Below, one piece after another: positions 47,742 through 57,550 of a DNA stretch of 64,000 nt (position 1 is its first letter; every line of letters begins with the position of its first letter). The translations under genes were made by a program, and so were the position numbers. The notes under the pieces were generated by a model. The model saw only the letters and a list, made by a program, of their open reading frames with translations. It had not been told where the DNA came from and searched no databases. The stretch is from Candidatus Pacearchaeota archaeon (lineage in GTDB: Archaea; Nanobdellota; Nanobdellia; Pacearchaeales; UBA284). The DNA lies in NCBI GenBank assembly GCA_026016245.1, contig CP061211.1:29449-93448 (forward strand), given 5' to 3'.

Positions 47742-47745
47742 AAAG

Positions 47746-49905
47746 ATGGTTGAGGACAAAAAAACACATAAAATAACAGAATTAATGTTTAAACCCAAAT
47801 ATATTAGGAATATTGGTATAGTTGCACATATTGATCATGGAAAGACTACTATGACAGATTCCTTACTTGCTGGAGCAGGTATGATATCTGAAGATTTGGC
47901 TGGGAAGCTACTAGTTATGGATTTCCACGAAGATGAGAAAGCAAGAGGAATTACAATTGATAGTGCTAATGTGAATATGGTCCATAGTGTTGAAGGCAAG
48001 GACTATTTGGTTAATCTTATAGATACCCCAGGACATGTTGATTTTTCAGGAGAAGTTACAAGAGCAATGAGAGCTACTGATGGAGCTATTGTTCTTGTGG
48101 ATGCAGCAGAGGGAATGATGCCACAAACAGAAACTGTATTAAGACAGGCATTAAGGGAGAGAGTTAAACCTACTTTGTTTATCAATAAAGTTGATAGGTT
48201 GATAAAGGAATTAAAACTTAATCCTCAAGAAATTCAGAATAGGCTGTTGAAAACAATAGACTCTGTTAATAAATTTATTCTAAGTATTGCATCAAAAGAG
48301 TGCAAGAGCTGGTTGGTGGGTGTTAAAGAAGGAAGTGTTACTTTTGGTTCTGCAAAAGATAGATGGGCAATGTCTATTCCTTTTATGCAAAAAACTAATC
48401 TCAGTTTCAAGGATGTTATTGATGCTTATGAAAACAATAAGTTGGAGGAGATGGCAAAAAAAGCTCCCCTCTACACTATAATTATGAATATGGTTGTTAA
48501 GCATCTTCCAGATCCTATCGAAGCTCAAGTTTATAGAATCCCTAAAATATGGCATGGAGATATTGAAAGTGAGGAAGGACAGGCATTGAAAAATTGTGAT
48601 CCTAAAGGCCCTGTTATTTTTGTTCCTACTAAAATTGTTATTGATAAACATGCTGGAGAAGTTGCTGGTGGAAGACTTTTCTCTGGATCAATAAAAAAAG
48701 GCCAGGAATTATGGATGAATATGGCTAAAAAAACTGTGAGAGTGCAGCAAGTTAATGTTTATAGAGGCAGTCGAAGACTTATTATTGATGAGGCTCCTGC
48801 TGGAAATATTGTTGGGGTAGTAGGATTAACTGGAGTTTCTGCTGGAGAGACTGTAAGTAGTGAAAAAGTTGAACCTTTTGAAGCTCTAAAACATATGTTT
48901 GAGCCAGTTGTTACAACAAGCATTGAAGCAAAGAAGCCAGCTGACCTACCAAAACTTATCTCAGTTCTCAAACAGATAGGAAAAGAGGATCCTACTATAA
49001 AGATTGAAATTAATGAAGAAACAGGGCAACATCTACTTAGCGGAATGGGTGAATTACATTTAGATGTTGTTGCCAATAGAATCAAAACAGAGAAAGGTGT
49101 TGATATAAGCACAAGCCCACCAATAGTTGTTTATAGAGAAACAATAACCAAGCCAAGTAGAACTTTTGAGGGAAGAAGTCCAAACAAACATAATGTCTTT
49201 TTCTTGCAAGTAGAACCATTAGAAAATGCTGTTTACAAAGCAATTAAAGATGGAGAGATCCCTGAAGTAAAGATAAAGAAGAAAGATGAAAATCTATCTA
49301 AGATTCTTACTTCTTTGGGTGTAAGCCATGATGAAGCTAAGCAGTATAAGGAAGTTTACAGAGATTGTGTTCTTTGTGATAAGACTAGAGGTATAGTACA
49401 TATAGGAGAGGTTATAGAAATGGTTATGGCAGCATTTGAGCAAGTAGTTGATTCAGGAATTCTTGCAAAAGAACCTTGCATGAAAATGAAAGTCTCTCTT
49501 ATGGATACAAAACTTCACGAGGACGCTATCCATAGAGGTCCTGCACAAGTTCTTCCAGCAGTGAGAGATTCATTAAGACTAGCGATGCAAGATGCTAGGC
49601 CCTTGATGTTTGAGCCACTTCAAAATATATTAATAGAAGCTCCTTTCAGATTTATAGGAGAAGTTACAAAAACAATACAGAGCAAGAGGGGCCAATTGCT
49701 TAGTATGGATCAGGAAGGAGAGCATTTGAGTGCAAAAGCCAAGCTTCCAGTAAGTGAGATGATTGGTTTAAGCAATGAACTTAGAGGAGCCACAGAAGGA
49801 AGAGCAACCTTCTTCATTACTAATCAGCTTTTTGCTCCTGTTCCAAAAGATCTGCAAGAAAAAATCATCAGACAGATAAGACAGAGAAAAGGTATTGAGA
49901 GTTAA
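47746..49905 (+). CDS. fusA: Elongation factor 2 (aEF-2)
   Basis: AHIDHGKTT, DTPGHVDF and NKVDR motifs. Start moved to MVEDKK (ATG 47746), just after the rps7 stop. Confidence 0.85.
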   Translation: MVEDKKTHKITELMFKPKYIRNIGIVAHIDHGKTTMTDSLLAGAGMISEDLAGKLLVMDFHEDEKARGITIDSANVNMVHSVEGKDYLVNLIDTPGHVDFSGEVTRAMRATDGAIVLVDAAEGMMPQTETVLRQALRERVKPTLFINKVDRLIKELKLNPQEIQNRLLKTIDSVNKFILSIASKECKSWLVGVKEGSVTFGSAKDRWAMSIPFMQKTNLSFKDVIDAYENNKLEEMAKKAPLYTIIMNMVVKHLPDPIEAQVYRIPKIWHGDIESEEGQALKNCDPKGPVIFVPTKIVIDKHAGEVAGGRLFSGSIKKGQELWMNMAKKTVRVQQVNVYRGSRRLIIDEAPAGNIVGVVGLTGVSAGETVSSEKVEPFEALKHMFEPVVTTSIEAKKPADLPKLISVLKQIGKEDPTIKIEINEETGQHLLSGMGELHLDVVANRIKTEKGVDISTSPPIVVYRETITKPSRTFEGRSPNKHNVFFLQVEPLENAVYKAIKDGEIPEVKIKKKDENLSKILTSLGVSHDEAKQYKEVYRDCVLCDKTRGIVHIGEVIEMVMAAFEQVVDSGILAKEPCMKMKVSLMDTKLHEDAIHRGPAQVLPAVRDSLRLAMQDARPLMFEPLQNILIEAPFRFIGEVTKTIQSKRGQLLSMDQEGEHLSAKAKLPVSEMIGLSNELRGATEGRATFFITNQLFAPVPKDLQEKIIRQIRQRKGIES

Positions 49906-49941
49906 GAGTTAAGTATTTAAAATATCCTTCTATAAAAAATC

Positions 49942-50361
49942 ATGACAGAACAAAAACAATATCAAGATTTATTAGAAAAGGCATATAAAGAAGTCAAGCA
50001 AGTCAAGACAATTGAGCGTTTCGAGATTCCTAAGGTTGAATCACACATAGTAGGATATCAAACCATAATCAGCAATTTCTCCCAGATATGCTCTAATTTA
50101 AGAAGAAAACCAGAACACCTTGCAAAATTCTTAGCAAGAGAATTAGCAACTCAAGGAAATATCAAAGGAGATAGATTAATTTTAAATAGAAAATTAAGTT
50201 CCAGGATGATTAATGAAAAAATTGAGGCTTATGTTAAAGAATTTGTCTTATGCCCAGAATGCGGCAAGCCAGATACTGAACTTATTAAAGAAGGTAAATT
50301 CATGTTCCTACATTGTCTTGCTTGCGGAGCAAAACATTCTGTTAGGGCAAAGATTGTTTAA
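49942..50361 (+). CDS. Translation initiation factor 2 beta subunit (aIF-2 beta)
   Basis: C-terminal Zn ribbon CPECGKPDTELIKEG...LHCLACG. Confidence 0.8.
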   Translation: MTEQKQYQDLLEKAYKEVKQVKTIERFEIPKVESHIVGYQTIISNFSQICSNLRRKPEHLAKFLARELATQGNIKGDRLILNRKLSSRMINEKIEAYVKEFVLCPECGKPDTELIKEGKFMFLHCLACGAKHSVRAKIV

Positions 50362-50362
50362 A

Positions 50363-50725
50363 ATGGTAAGAATCGATAAAAAACTTAAAAATTTAATTCA
50401 AAAAAATATTCTGGCATTTGCTACATCTTATTCTAAAAAACCAAATGTGGTAGCTATTGCTTGTGTTAAAGTAACAGGACCAGATACTTTAGTTATTACA
50501 GACAATTATATGAATAAAACAAAAAAGAATTTACTGAAAAATAAAAATGTTGCCATAGTTGTATGGAACAAAAAAGGAACTATTGGCTATCAGTTAAAGG
50601 GAAAAGCAAATTATATTACAAAAGGCAAATGGTTAAAGTTTGTTAAAAATATGAAAGAAAATAAAGAAATGCCAGCAAAAGCTGCAATAATAGTTAAAGT
50701 AAAAGAAGTCTATAAACTTGCTTAA
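50363..50725 (+). CDS. PNPOx-like FMN-binding split-barrel protein
   Basis: Start taken at MVRIDKK immediately after the aIF-2 beta stop. VVAIACVKVTG...VAIVVWN pattern. Confidence 0.45.
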   Translation: MVRIDKKLKNLIQKNILAFATSYSKKPNVVAIACVKVTGPDTLVITDNYMNKTKKNLLKNKNVAIVVWNKKGTIGYQLKGKANYITKGKWLKFVKNMKENKEMPAKAAIIVKVKEVYKLA

Positions 50726-51032
50726 GATGCCAAAAATTCTTGTCAAGATACATCAAGCATATAGAGAAGTTATTTCTATTTGTGATTCTGATTTAATAGG
50801 GAAGAGGTTTGAAGAGGGAAATATGCAGCTTGAGGTTAGTGAGCAATTTTACAAAGGAGAGGAGATGTCTAAAGATAAAGTCATAGAACTCTTGAAAGAA
50901 AAATCACAAGAGAATGCATGTTTTAATTTTGTTGGAAAGCAGGCTATTGAGACTGGGATTAAAGCAGAGATTGTTGATGAAGGTAGGGTTATAGAAATTC
51001 AGGGTGTGCCTCATGCAATGGCTCTTCTTTAA
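50718..51032 (+). CDS. Hypothetical conserved small protein
   Basis: 104-aa ORF overlapping the upstream gene by 8 nt. Confidence 0.3.
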   Translation: MLKMPKILVKIHQAYREVISICDSDLIGKRFEEGNMQLEVSEQFYKGEEMSKDKVIELLKEKSQENACFNFVGKQAIETGIKAEIVDEGRVIEIQGVPHAMALL

Positions 51033-51067
51033 AAGCTTTTATAAGCTTATTTTATTTCTTTTATAAA

Positions 51068-51400
51068 ATGGCTAGATTCAAAAAGAAAAGGAAAAAACAA
51101 ACAAAAGAAGAGGTATTTAGAGTTAGGCTGCCTAGGGGTAAAGAAGTTTTAGGAATTCTTGAACAGAGATTAGGAGGAAATAGAATGACGATTAAATGTC
51201 TAGATGGTAAAAGTCGTATTTGTAGAGTTCCTGGAAGATTAAGAAGAAGACTTTGGTTGAGAGAAGGTAATGTTGTGTTAGTTGAGCCCTGGGAGTTAGG
51301 TGGAGAAGAGAAAGGAGATATAATATGGAAATATCATCCTGCTGAAGTTGACTGGCTAAGACGTAAGGGTTTTCTTAAGACTTTGGAAGAAGAGTTTTGA
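51068..51400 (+). CDS. Translation initiation factor 1A (aIF-1A)
   Basis: RVRLPRGKEVLGILEQRLGGNRMTIKCLDGKSRICRVPGRLRRRLWLREGNVVLV is an S1-like OB fold. Confidence 0.8.
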   Translation: MARFKKKRKKQTKEEVFRVRLPRGKEVLGILEQRLGGNRMTIKCLDGKSRICRVPGRLRRRLWLREGNVVLVEPWELGGEEKGDIIWKYHPAEVDWLRRKGFLKTLEEEF

Positions 51401-51566
51401 TTTTGTTACTATTTCTAAATTCCATTAGTAGAAGTTCATAAAGCAAAGATATCAGATATTTGGGGTAAATTCTTATCTATGGTAAACGAATCAATAAAAG
51501 AATATAATGAGAGTTTAAGAGTTATTGAATAGTTAAATATTTAATTTAGATTTCTTTTATTTTTTC

Positions 51567-52118
51567 ATGCAAAAAGTTCCTTTAGAAAAAAGGTTGAGTA
51601 TAGTTAAGAAAAATAAAGCAAGGTTAGAGAAAGCCCTTAATGTTTCTTTGGAATTTTCAGGAAAAACTGTTTTAATAGAAAGCGAGGATTCTTTTGCTGA
51701 GTATCTTGCTGGCGAGATTCTTGATTCTATTTCTCTTGGTTTTGATATTGATACTGCTTTACTGCTTAAAGATACAGATTTCATGCTGAAGAAGATAGAT
51801 ATAAAAACTAGGACTAAAAGTTCTAGAGTCCATATTGTTATTGGGAGGATAATTGGCAAGCAAGGAAGGACAAAGGAACTTATTGAAAAGTTGAGTGAGT
51901 GTGATATTGTTTTGATGGATCATATTGTTGGAATTATTGGAAGGAGTGAGAATGTTGATGTTGCAAGCCATGCTATAGAGGCTTTAATTCGAGGATCCTC
52001 ACAATCAAAAGTTTATACTTATCTTGAAAAAAGTAGAAATAGATTAAGGGAATTGGCTGAAGAGGATATTGAAGAGATGATTAAGAAAGAAGAAAAAAAG
52101 GAAGAGGATAAGAAATAG
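51567..52118 (+). CDS. KH-domain RNA-binding protein, aDim2/Pno1-like
   Basis: Two KH-like segments, including IVIGRIIGKQGRTKELIE. Located next to aIF-1A. Confidence 0.6.
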   Translation: MQKVPLEKRLSIVKKNKARLEKALNVSLEFSGKTVLIESEDSFAEYLAGEILDSISLGFDIDTALLLKDTDFMLKKIDIKTRTKSSRVHIVIGRIIGKQGRTKELIEKLSECDIVLMDHIVGIIGRSENVDVASHAIEALIRGSSQSKVYTYLEKSRNRLRELAEEDIEEMIKKEEKKEEDKK

Positions 52119-52119
52119 A

Positions 52120-52129
52120 TTTATAAATA
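52120..52129 (+). promoter_or_regulatory. TATA box for tRNA-Asn
   Basis: tttataaata is centred about 26 nt upstream of the tRNA 5' end. Confidence 0.45.
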
Positions 52130-52150
52130 ATTCTTAACTTTTTATTCTAT

Positions 52151-52284
52151 GCTCCGGTAGCTCAGTGGCTAGAGCACACGGCTGTTACTACAGCTTTCTT
52201 TAGAAAAGAAAGCTCTAGGAGGTAAAGAAACTATTTTTGCCTGCAGAAACCGTGGGGTCGTAGGTTCGAATCCTATCCGGAGCG
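52151..52284 (+). tRNA. tRNA-Asn(GUU) with a 61-nt intron at the canonical 37/38 position
   Basis: Acceptor stem GCUCCGG/CCGGAGC. D arm GCUC...GAGC. Anticodon stem CACGG/CCGUG. Anticodon GTT at 52184-52186. Intron 52188-52248 has a GCTGT/ACAGC helix consistent with bulge-helix-bulge. T arm GTAGG-TTCGAAT-CCTAT. Confidence 0.75.
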
Positions 52285-52350
52285 CTTCTTGTCTTCTTTT
52301 TATTTTTTCTAAAAACATTTTTAAATTAAAATTGCTTTATATTTGTTATT

Positions 52351-52499
52351 GGGCCCGTAGCTCAGCCTGGTTTAGAGCACTACGCTGATAGCCTTACTAC
52401 AGCCTCTTAAAGGGGGTGATGGAACTGGAGCGCTTTGCGTTCCACTGTAGTTTGGTTCTAGAAACGTAGGGGTCATGGGTTCGAATCCCATCGGGCCCA
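52351..52499 (+). tRNA. tRNA-Ile(GAU) with a 73-nt intron at 37/38
   Basis: Acceptor stem GGGCCCG/CGGGCCC. Anticodon stem CUACG/CGUAG. Anticodon GAT at 52387-52389. Intron 52391-52463. T arm GGGTT... TTCGAAT. Confidence 0.75.
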
Positions 52500-52524
52500 C
52501 TCCAAACCAAATAAAAAGAGGATA

Positions 52525-53208
52525 ATGGACAAAAAAAAGAAAACAAGACTTTTGATAGCAGTTTGTGCTATGCTTTTTATGATTCTTGTATATTTTTTAT
52601 TTGCAATATTTGTTTTAAAAATTCCTATTTTTTGGAAAAAGACAATAACAGGTAAAGGTACTGTGGGTATAGTTTCTGTAACCATAGTGCCTGTATGTAC
52701 TTTTTATATTGGCCCTGGATGGAGTTTATTATCATTATGTGCAAATGCCACCAACAAATCTGTGGATGGTGTTTTTCAGAATATAAGTTATAGGTATGTG
52801 ATGAGATGGAACACAACAAGAATGGAGTATGATATTTATAGTCCAAGAGCTGTAAATAATCCTTTTGACAGTCTTGATGTTAATGAATCATATTTTGTTT
52901 TAGATTATTCTAGTGAGATATTTTCTGTATTTGGACCACCTAATTCTGATATGGATATAGCAATGGTTCAAGGATGGGATGCTCCTAGCTGGCCTTATCT
53001 TTTTGAGACTAATGTAACTAAATATATAGATTCAGCAAAACACAGGTATATGATGAAATGGGACCTCCCTGGTCAAGAATTTGACATCTATAGCCCTAGG
53101 GCAGCGCAGAATCCTTTCACAAAAATATATAAGGGAGAAGGCCAATTTATTTATGCATATCTAAATCACACACTTCAATATAATAAAACATATTTATTTG
53201 ATCCATAA
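52525..53208 (+). CDS. Secreted hypothetical protein with an internal duplicated motif of about 45 aa
   Basis: N-terminal TM/signal segment. The repeats are YRYVMRWNTTRMEYDIYSPRAVNNPF and HRYMMKWDLPGQEFDIYSPRAAQNPF. Confidence 0.4.
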   Translation: MDKKKKTRLLIAVCAMLFMILVYFLFAIFVLKIPIFWKKTITGKGTVGIVSVTIVPVCTFYIGPGWSLLSLCANATNKSVDGVFQNISYRYVMRWNTTRMEYDIYSPRAVNNPFDSLDVNESYFVLDYSSEIFSVFGPPNSDMDIAMVQGWDAPSWPYLFETNVTKYIDSAKHRYMMKWDLPGQEFDIYSPRAAQNPFTKIYKGEGQFIYAYLNHTLQYNKTYLFDP

Positions 53209-54928
53209 TTATAAAATGAGAATAAAAAAAGAGGTTTTGGTTTTAGTATTTCTAGTGTCTATTCTTTTTTTGAGCAGTGCTGTTAAGACAGATATTTTCA
53301 TGGGAACTTGTGAAGGTTTTGTTTTTTATCTAAATGGGACAAAAGTTACAGGAGCTAATGTTACTGTCTCTGTTGATGGCTGTACAACACCACCTGAAAA
53401 TTGTGTCAGAAGCGCTTTGACTGATTTAGGTGGCTATTATGTTATAGCTAATCTTAACTTGCAGCCTTATGGAAATGTTAGTGTTACAGCAAAAAAAGGA
53501 ACTTTTTACAGAACAAACACAGGACAGGCAGATGCATATCAAGCTGCTTTTGTTAATGTCACTCTATGTGAAGCTCCAACATCTCCATCACTTGTTCCTG
53601 TTCCAGACAGCCATTATCCTAACATAACTTTTTGGTTTAACTGGAGTTCTGGAACTTCTCCTTATGCTACTTTTGACCAGTGGAATTTTGATAATTCTGG
53701 TTGGATAACTGCCACTTCCCCCCAAAGCAAAACAAACCTTGCTTTTAAGAATTATACATGGAGTGTTAAAACATGTCTAAGCTCTTTGCCTTCTTGTTGC
53801 TCGCCTCCATCTACTGATACCTTTTCAGTTTACAACACACCCCCTTGTGTTCCAATCCTGACACCACAACCAGATACATATAGTAATACTGTTACTTTAA
53901 ATTGGACTTCAAATACCACTGCCCCATGTCCTGATGCTGATAATGATATAACATATTATAATTTCAGAATAGATGGAAATTTAACAACTCATGCTACTCC
54001 TCCTATGATCATAAGTGGTTTAGGTTATGGTTCTCACATATGGCAAGTACAAGAATGTGATCTATGGGAGTGCAGTGCTTGGGCATCTGACACTTTCAAT
54101 ATTGGAAATAACCCTTGCCCTTCTCCAAATCTAACAAATCAATCAGATACTTGTGTTAATCAAGTAACATTAAAATGGACTTCTGCTAATATAGATGGTG
54201 AGGGAGATGCTTGTCATGATGAATTTTATTTCCATGGCACTACTCAAAGTCCTGCAAGCTCGCCACAAACACTCATTCTAACAGATCAAGCTCTTTATAC
54301 ATGGCGTGTCAGGACTTGCGATAATTATTCAGCATGTTCTGATTGGGTTGAAGATAGTTTTATTTTCTGTACTTGCCCACCACTCATAGAAGAAGTTGAA
54401 GGAGAAAGAAGAGGCTATGTTGGTGGCTGTAGACTTCCAGCTGGCTATGAAATTGTTTTTTCAGTGCCCAGAGATGTTTATCCAGGAGAACATTTTAAGA
54501 TTGATGTGGGCTTTAAATACTTCCTATCTATCACTGACCTAATAATTGAAACTGAATCCCCTGAAGGTATAGAGGTAGAGACATTGAATTATTGTCCTGT
54601 TTCTGGAAATACTAATATGAATCTTAAATTAGAAGGAAGAGTTCCTGTTGATTTTAGGGAAGGGACTTATTATCTTTTTGTTAAGGGATATGATAGTAAA
54701 AAGCTTTTATTCAATAAACCTATAGAGCTGAAAGTTGTGAGCCCTCCTACTACAATTGTTAGCTTGTTAAGGCTGCCTTACTTGCCTTGCTGTATAATCT
54801 TGCTTATTTTGATAATATTGATACTTGCTGCAGCATCTATATGGGCTGGAAAGGAAGTTTACAAGAGAATGAAAGAAAAAGGAGAAAAAAGAACAAAGAT
54901 GCTGAAAAAAATAAAAGAAGGGATATAA
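53198..54928 (+). CDS. Surface protein with Ig/FN3-like repeats and a C-terminal TM anchor
   Basis: N-terminal signal peptide. Repeated LNWTSNTT- and LKWTSANI-type modules. C-terminal helix ILLILIILILAAASIWAG followed by a KR-rich tail. Confidence 0.5.
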   Translation: MIHNYKMRIKKEVLVLVFLVSILFLSSAVKTDIFMGTCEGFVFYLNGTKVTGANVTVSVDGCTTPPENCVRSALTDLGGYYVIANLNLQPYGNVSVTAKKGTFYRTNTGQADAYQAAFVNVTLCEAPTSPSLVPVPDSHYPNITFWFNWSSGTSPYATFDQWNFDNSGWITATSPQSKTNLAFKNYTWSVKTCLSSLPSCCSPPSTDTFSVYNTPPCVPILTPQPDTYSNTVTLNWTSNTTAPCPDADNDITYYNFRIDGNLTTHATPPMIISGLGYGSHIWQVQECDLWECSAWASDTFNIGNNPCPSPNLTNQSDTCVNQVTLKWTSANIDGEGDACHDEFYFHGTTQSPASSPQTLILTDQALYTWRVRTCDNYSACSDWVEDSFIFCTCPPLIEEVEGERRGYVGGCRLPAGYEIVFSVPRDVYPGEHFKIDVGFKYFLSITDLIIETESPEGIEVETLNYCPVSGNTNMNLKLEGRVPVDFREGTYYLFVKGYDSKKLLFNKPIELKVVSPPTTIVSLLRLPYLPCCIILLILIILILAAASIWAGKEVYKRMKEKGEKRTKMLKKIKEGI

Positions 54929-55761
54929 TGGCAAGGAAGAAAACTAAAAAGAAAAAGAGAAAAAGGAAAACAAGGAAGAAGCAAAAGAAAACAAAACAAA
55001 AAATCACCATTCTTGTTTTAAGTATAGTTATGATTGCTCTTATCTTATCTCTTGTTTTTACTATTCTTATTTCACTCTCCCTTTTTCCTGTTTCAGTGGT
55101 AGAGGAAGAGCCACAAAAGATAGAGTTCATGATAAAAAAACCATTGCTTAATTCAACCCAAGCTGTAACTTATTTGCCTGCTGTTGATAAGGAGGGCAAT
55201 GGTGTCATGACTGTGCTTGTGGTGGAAGCTGTTCCAGGAAGTGGGAGAACTTTAGTTGACATAGACAATTTATTGTTCTGGGCTGATACACAACATAGTA
55301 TTAGAATAGCTAAGAATGTGGCATCAGAAATAACAGAAGAGGATATTAATAATTATGATTTTGTTTATAATATTTATGCTAATGCTTCTGTCATAGGTAG
55401 GGAAAGTGCTGGAGCTGCGATAACCATAGCAACAATATCTATTTTAGAAAATAAAGAATTGAGGGATGATGTTGTTATAACAGGGACAGTGAATCATGAT
55501 GGCACTATAGGTCCTGTTAGTGCAATACTTCCTAAAGCAAAAATCTCTGGGGATGCTGGAGCAAAAATTTTCCTTGTCCCCCTACTTCAAGGTCAGGAGA
55601 TTATTTATGAGACAAGAGAACATTGTGAGAAATTTGGCCCGAATGAATTCTGTACAACAGAGCAAGTTCCAAGGAAAGTTAATATAAGTGAAGAGGCTGG
55701 TATAGAGGTTATAGAGGTTGGAACAATAGAAGAAGCTTTAGAATACTTTTTTGAAAAATAG
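54928..55761 (+). CDS. Membrane-anchored Lon-like (S16) peptidase-domain protein
   Basis: Start at MARKK (TAATG overlap with the upstream stop). KR-rich N-terminus, one TM helix, then a Lon proteolytic-domain-like segment (GRESAGAAITIATISIL, TGTVNHDGTIGPV, KAKISGDAGAK). Confidence 0.55.
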   Translation: MARKKTKKKKRKRKTRKKQKKTKQKITILVLSIVMIALILSLVFTILISLSLFPVSVVEEEPQKIEFMIKKPLLNSTQAVTYLPAVDKEGNGVMTVLVVEAVPGSGRTLVDIDNLLFWADTQHSIRIAKNVASEITEEDINNYDFVYNIYANASVIGRESAGAAITIATISILENKELRDDVVITGTVNHDGTIGPVSAILPKAKISGDAGAKIFLVPLLQGQEIIYETREHCEKFGPNEFCTTEQVPRKVNISEEAGIEVIEVGTIEEALEYFFEK

Positions 55762-55776
55762 AAATAAATAGATAAA

Positions 55777-56535
55777 ATGGTTGCTTTTGATATTATAGGA
55801 AATATAGCTATATTACACCTAGATAAAGTTACAAGACAAAATAAAAAATTTGCAAAGGTTCTATTAAAGAAACATAAGAATATCAAATCAGTTTATAGTC
55901 AGAGCAAAATATCTGGTAGGCTTAGAATTCCAAAGCTGAGATGGATTGCTGGCAAGAAGCAGACAGAAATACTACATAAGGAAAGTGGCTGTGTGCTAAA
56001 ACTTGATATCAACAAGTGTTATTTTAGTCCAAGACTAGGTACTGACAGATTAGAAATAGCAAAAAAAGTCAAAAGAGGTGAGAAAGTTCTTGTCATGTTT
56101 TCTGGAGTAGCACCTTATGGTATTGTAATAGGAAAAAAGAGCAAAGCAAAAGAAATTTATTGTATTGAAATTAGCAGGATGGCTTCAAAATATGCTAAAG
56201 AAAATGTCAGACTAAACAAATTGGCGAATATAAAAATCATCCAAGGAGATGTCAAGAGAATTATTCCTAAATTAAAGACAAAATTTGATAGAATTGTCAT
56301 GGCAAGACCTCAGTTAAAAGAGACTTTCTTAAAAGAGGCTTTCAAAGTTTCTAAACTTGGTACAATAATTCATTTTTATGATTTTGTAAAAGAACAAAAT
56401 TTGAAGGAAGTAGAATACAAGATAACGAGAGAAGCAGAAAAAGCAAAAAAGAAAATTAAGATAACAAAAATAAAAAAAGTCAGGGAGATAGCTCCTTACA
56501 AATATCATATTAGGATAGATTTTAGAATTAAGTAA
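55777..56535 (+). CDS. tRNA methyltransferase of the Trm5/Tyw2 (Met-10+) family
   Basis: FDIIGNIAIL start. Class I SAM fold VLVMFSGVAPYG. Confidence 0.55.
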   Translation: MVAFDIIGNIAILHLDKVTRQNKKFAKVLLKKHKNIKSVYSQSKISGRLRIPKLRWIAGKKQTEILHKESGCVLKLDINKCYFSPRLGTDRLEIAKKVKRGEKVLVMFSGVAPYGIVIGKKSKAKEIYCIEISRMASKYAKENVRLNKLANIKIIQGDVKRIIPKLKTKFDRIVMARPQLKETFLKEAFKVSKLGTIIHFYDFVKEQNLKEVEYKITREAEKAKKKIKITKIKKVREIAPYKYHIRIDFRIK

Positions 56536-56567
56536 ATTTTTAAAGTTATAAATCAAAATAAATAAAG

Positions 56568-57137
56568 ATGGCAAATATAAAAAGTGTCTTGAAAAAAACA
56601 TGGGATTTTTTGTGGCACAGCAATAGTATCTGGAGCTGGATTGTTGATTTAATTCTAGTTTTCCTTATAGTGAAATTTATTATATTCCCCTTATTTGGCT
56701 TGATTCTTTGCACTCCTTTGCCTTTTGTTATTATTGAGAGCCATAGTATGGAGCATGAGGGTAATTTTGATTCCTGGTTTTCCTTGCATGGCCAGTGGTA
56801 TTTAGATAATGACATAACAAAAGAACAAGTTAGAGAATGGTCCTGGAACAAAGGTCTTGATAAAGGCGACATTATAGTTGTGAAAGGAGAGGAAAGTTAT
56901 GAGCTAGGCAATGTTATTATTTTCAAAATACAGGAACAAGCAACCCCTATCATACATAGGATTGTGGAAGTAAAAAGTGAGGATAGTGAGATTGTTTTCG
57001 AAACAAAAGGTGATCATAATGATGGTCAGTGGCCTTATGAAGAAAATATAGGAGAAGAGCAGATTTTAGGCAAAGCAGCAGTCAGAATCCCGAAACTTGG
57101 CTGGGTTAAGCTTTTCTTTGTTGAACTTTTCAGGTAA
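56568..57137 (+). CDS. Signal peptidase I (archaeal Sec11-type, S26B)
   Basis: N-terminal TM helix. SHSMEH (Ser box), GDIIVV, HRIVEV and GDHNDG boxes. Confidence 0.6.
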   Translation: MANIKSVLKKTWDFLWHSNSIWSWIVDLILVFLIVKFIIFPLFGLILCTPLPFVIIESHSMEHEGNFDSWFSLHGQWYLDNDITKEQVREWSWNKGLDKGDIIVVKGEESYELGNVIIFKIQEQATPIIHRIVEVKSEDSEIVFETKGDHNDGQWPYEENIGEEQILGKAAVRIPKLGWVKLFFVELFR

Positions 57138-57215
57138 TTTATTTAATACCCCTCTAAAGTTTTAATTTCTAATAGAAAAGTTTTTAAATATAGAAACTAA
57201 AGTTAAAAGAATAAA

Positions 57216-57524
57216 ATGAAATTTTGTCCGAAGTGTGGGGCTATTTTAGTACAAAAAAAGAAGAATTTTTCTTGTCCTAAATGTGGTCATAGATCTAAAG
57301 AAAAAATAAAAATCATTAGTTCTGAAAAAGTTGGTAAGGTGACAAAGATAGATGTTTTACATGAGAAAGATTCCAGTGTTTGGCCAGTTGTTACAGAGAC
57401 CTGCCCTGAATGTGGTAATGATAAAGCATATTATTTTTCTGCTCAAATGCGATCAGGAGATGAAGCCGAGACCCAATTTTTCAAATGTGTTAGGTGTAAA
57501 AAAACTTGGAGAAAATATTCCTAA
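57216..57524 (+). CDS. tfs: Transcription factor S / RNAP subunit M (TFS)
   Basis: N-terminal Zn ribbon CPKCG...CPKCG. C-terminal TFIIS-type ribbon CPECGN...RSGDEAETQFFKCVRCKKTW. Confidence 0.8.
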   Translation: MKFCPKCGAILVQKKKNFSCPKCGHRSKEKIKIISSEKVGKVTKIDVLHEKDSSVWPVVTETCPECGNDKAYYFSAQMRSGDEAETQFFKCVRCKKTWRKYS

Positions 57525-57550
57525 CTTCTTTCTTTCCTAACTTATAAAAA

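Noticed and set aside
47707-47745. EF-2 start at 47707 overlapping rps7
   Set aside because: Met at 47746 lies just after the rps7 stop and precedes the conserved G-domain N-terminus. The longer ORF is an overlap artefact.
50213-50362. Upstream extension of the PNPOx-like ORF that overlaps aIF-2 beta
   Set aside because: An internal Met at 50363 lies immediately after the aIF-2 beta stop, giving a normal 120-aa split-barrel protein. The extension is an out-of-frame overlap.
54787-54927. Upstream extension of the Lon-like ORF
   Set aside because: It overlaps the preceding surface-protein gene. MARKK at 54928 forms the TAATG coupling typical of this genome.
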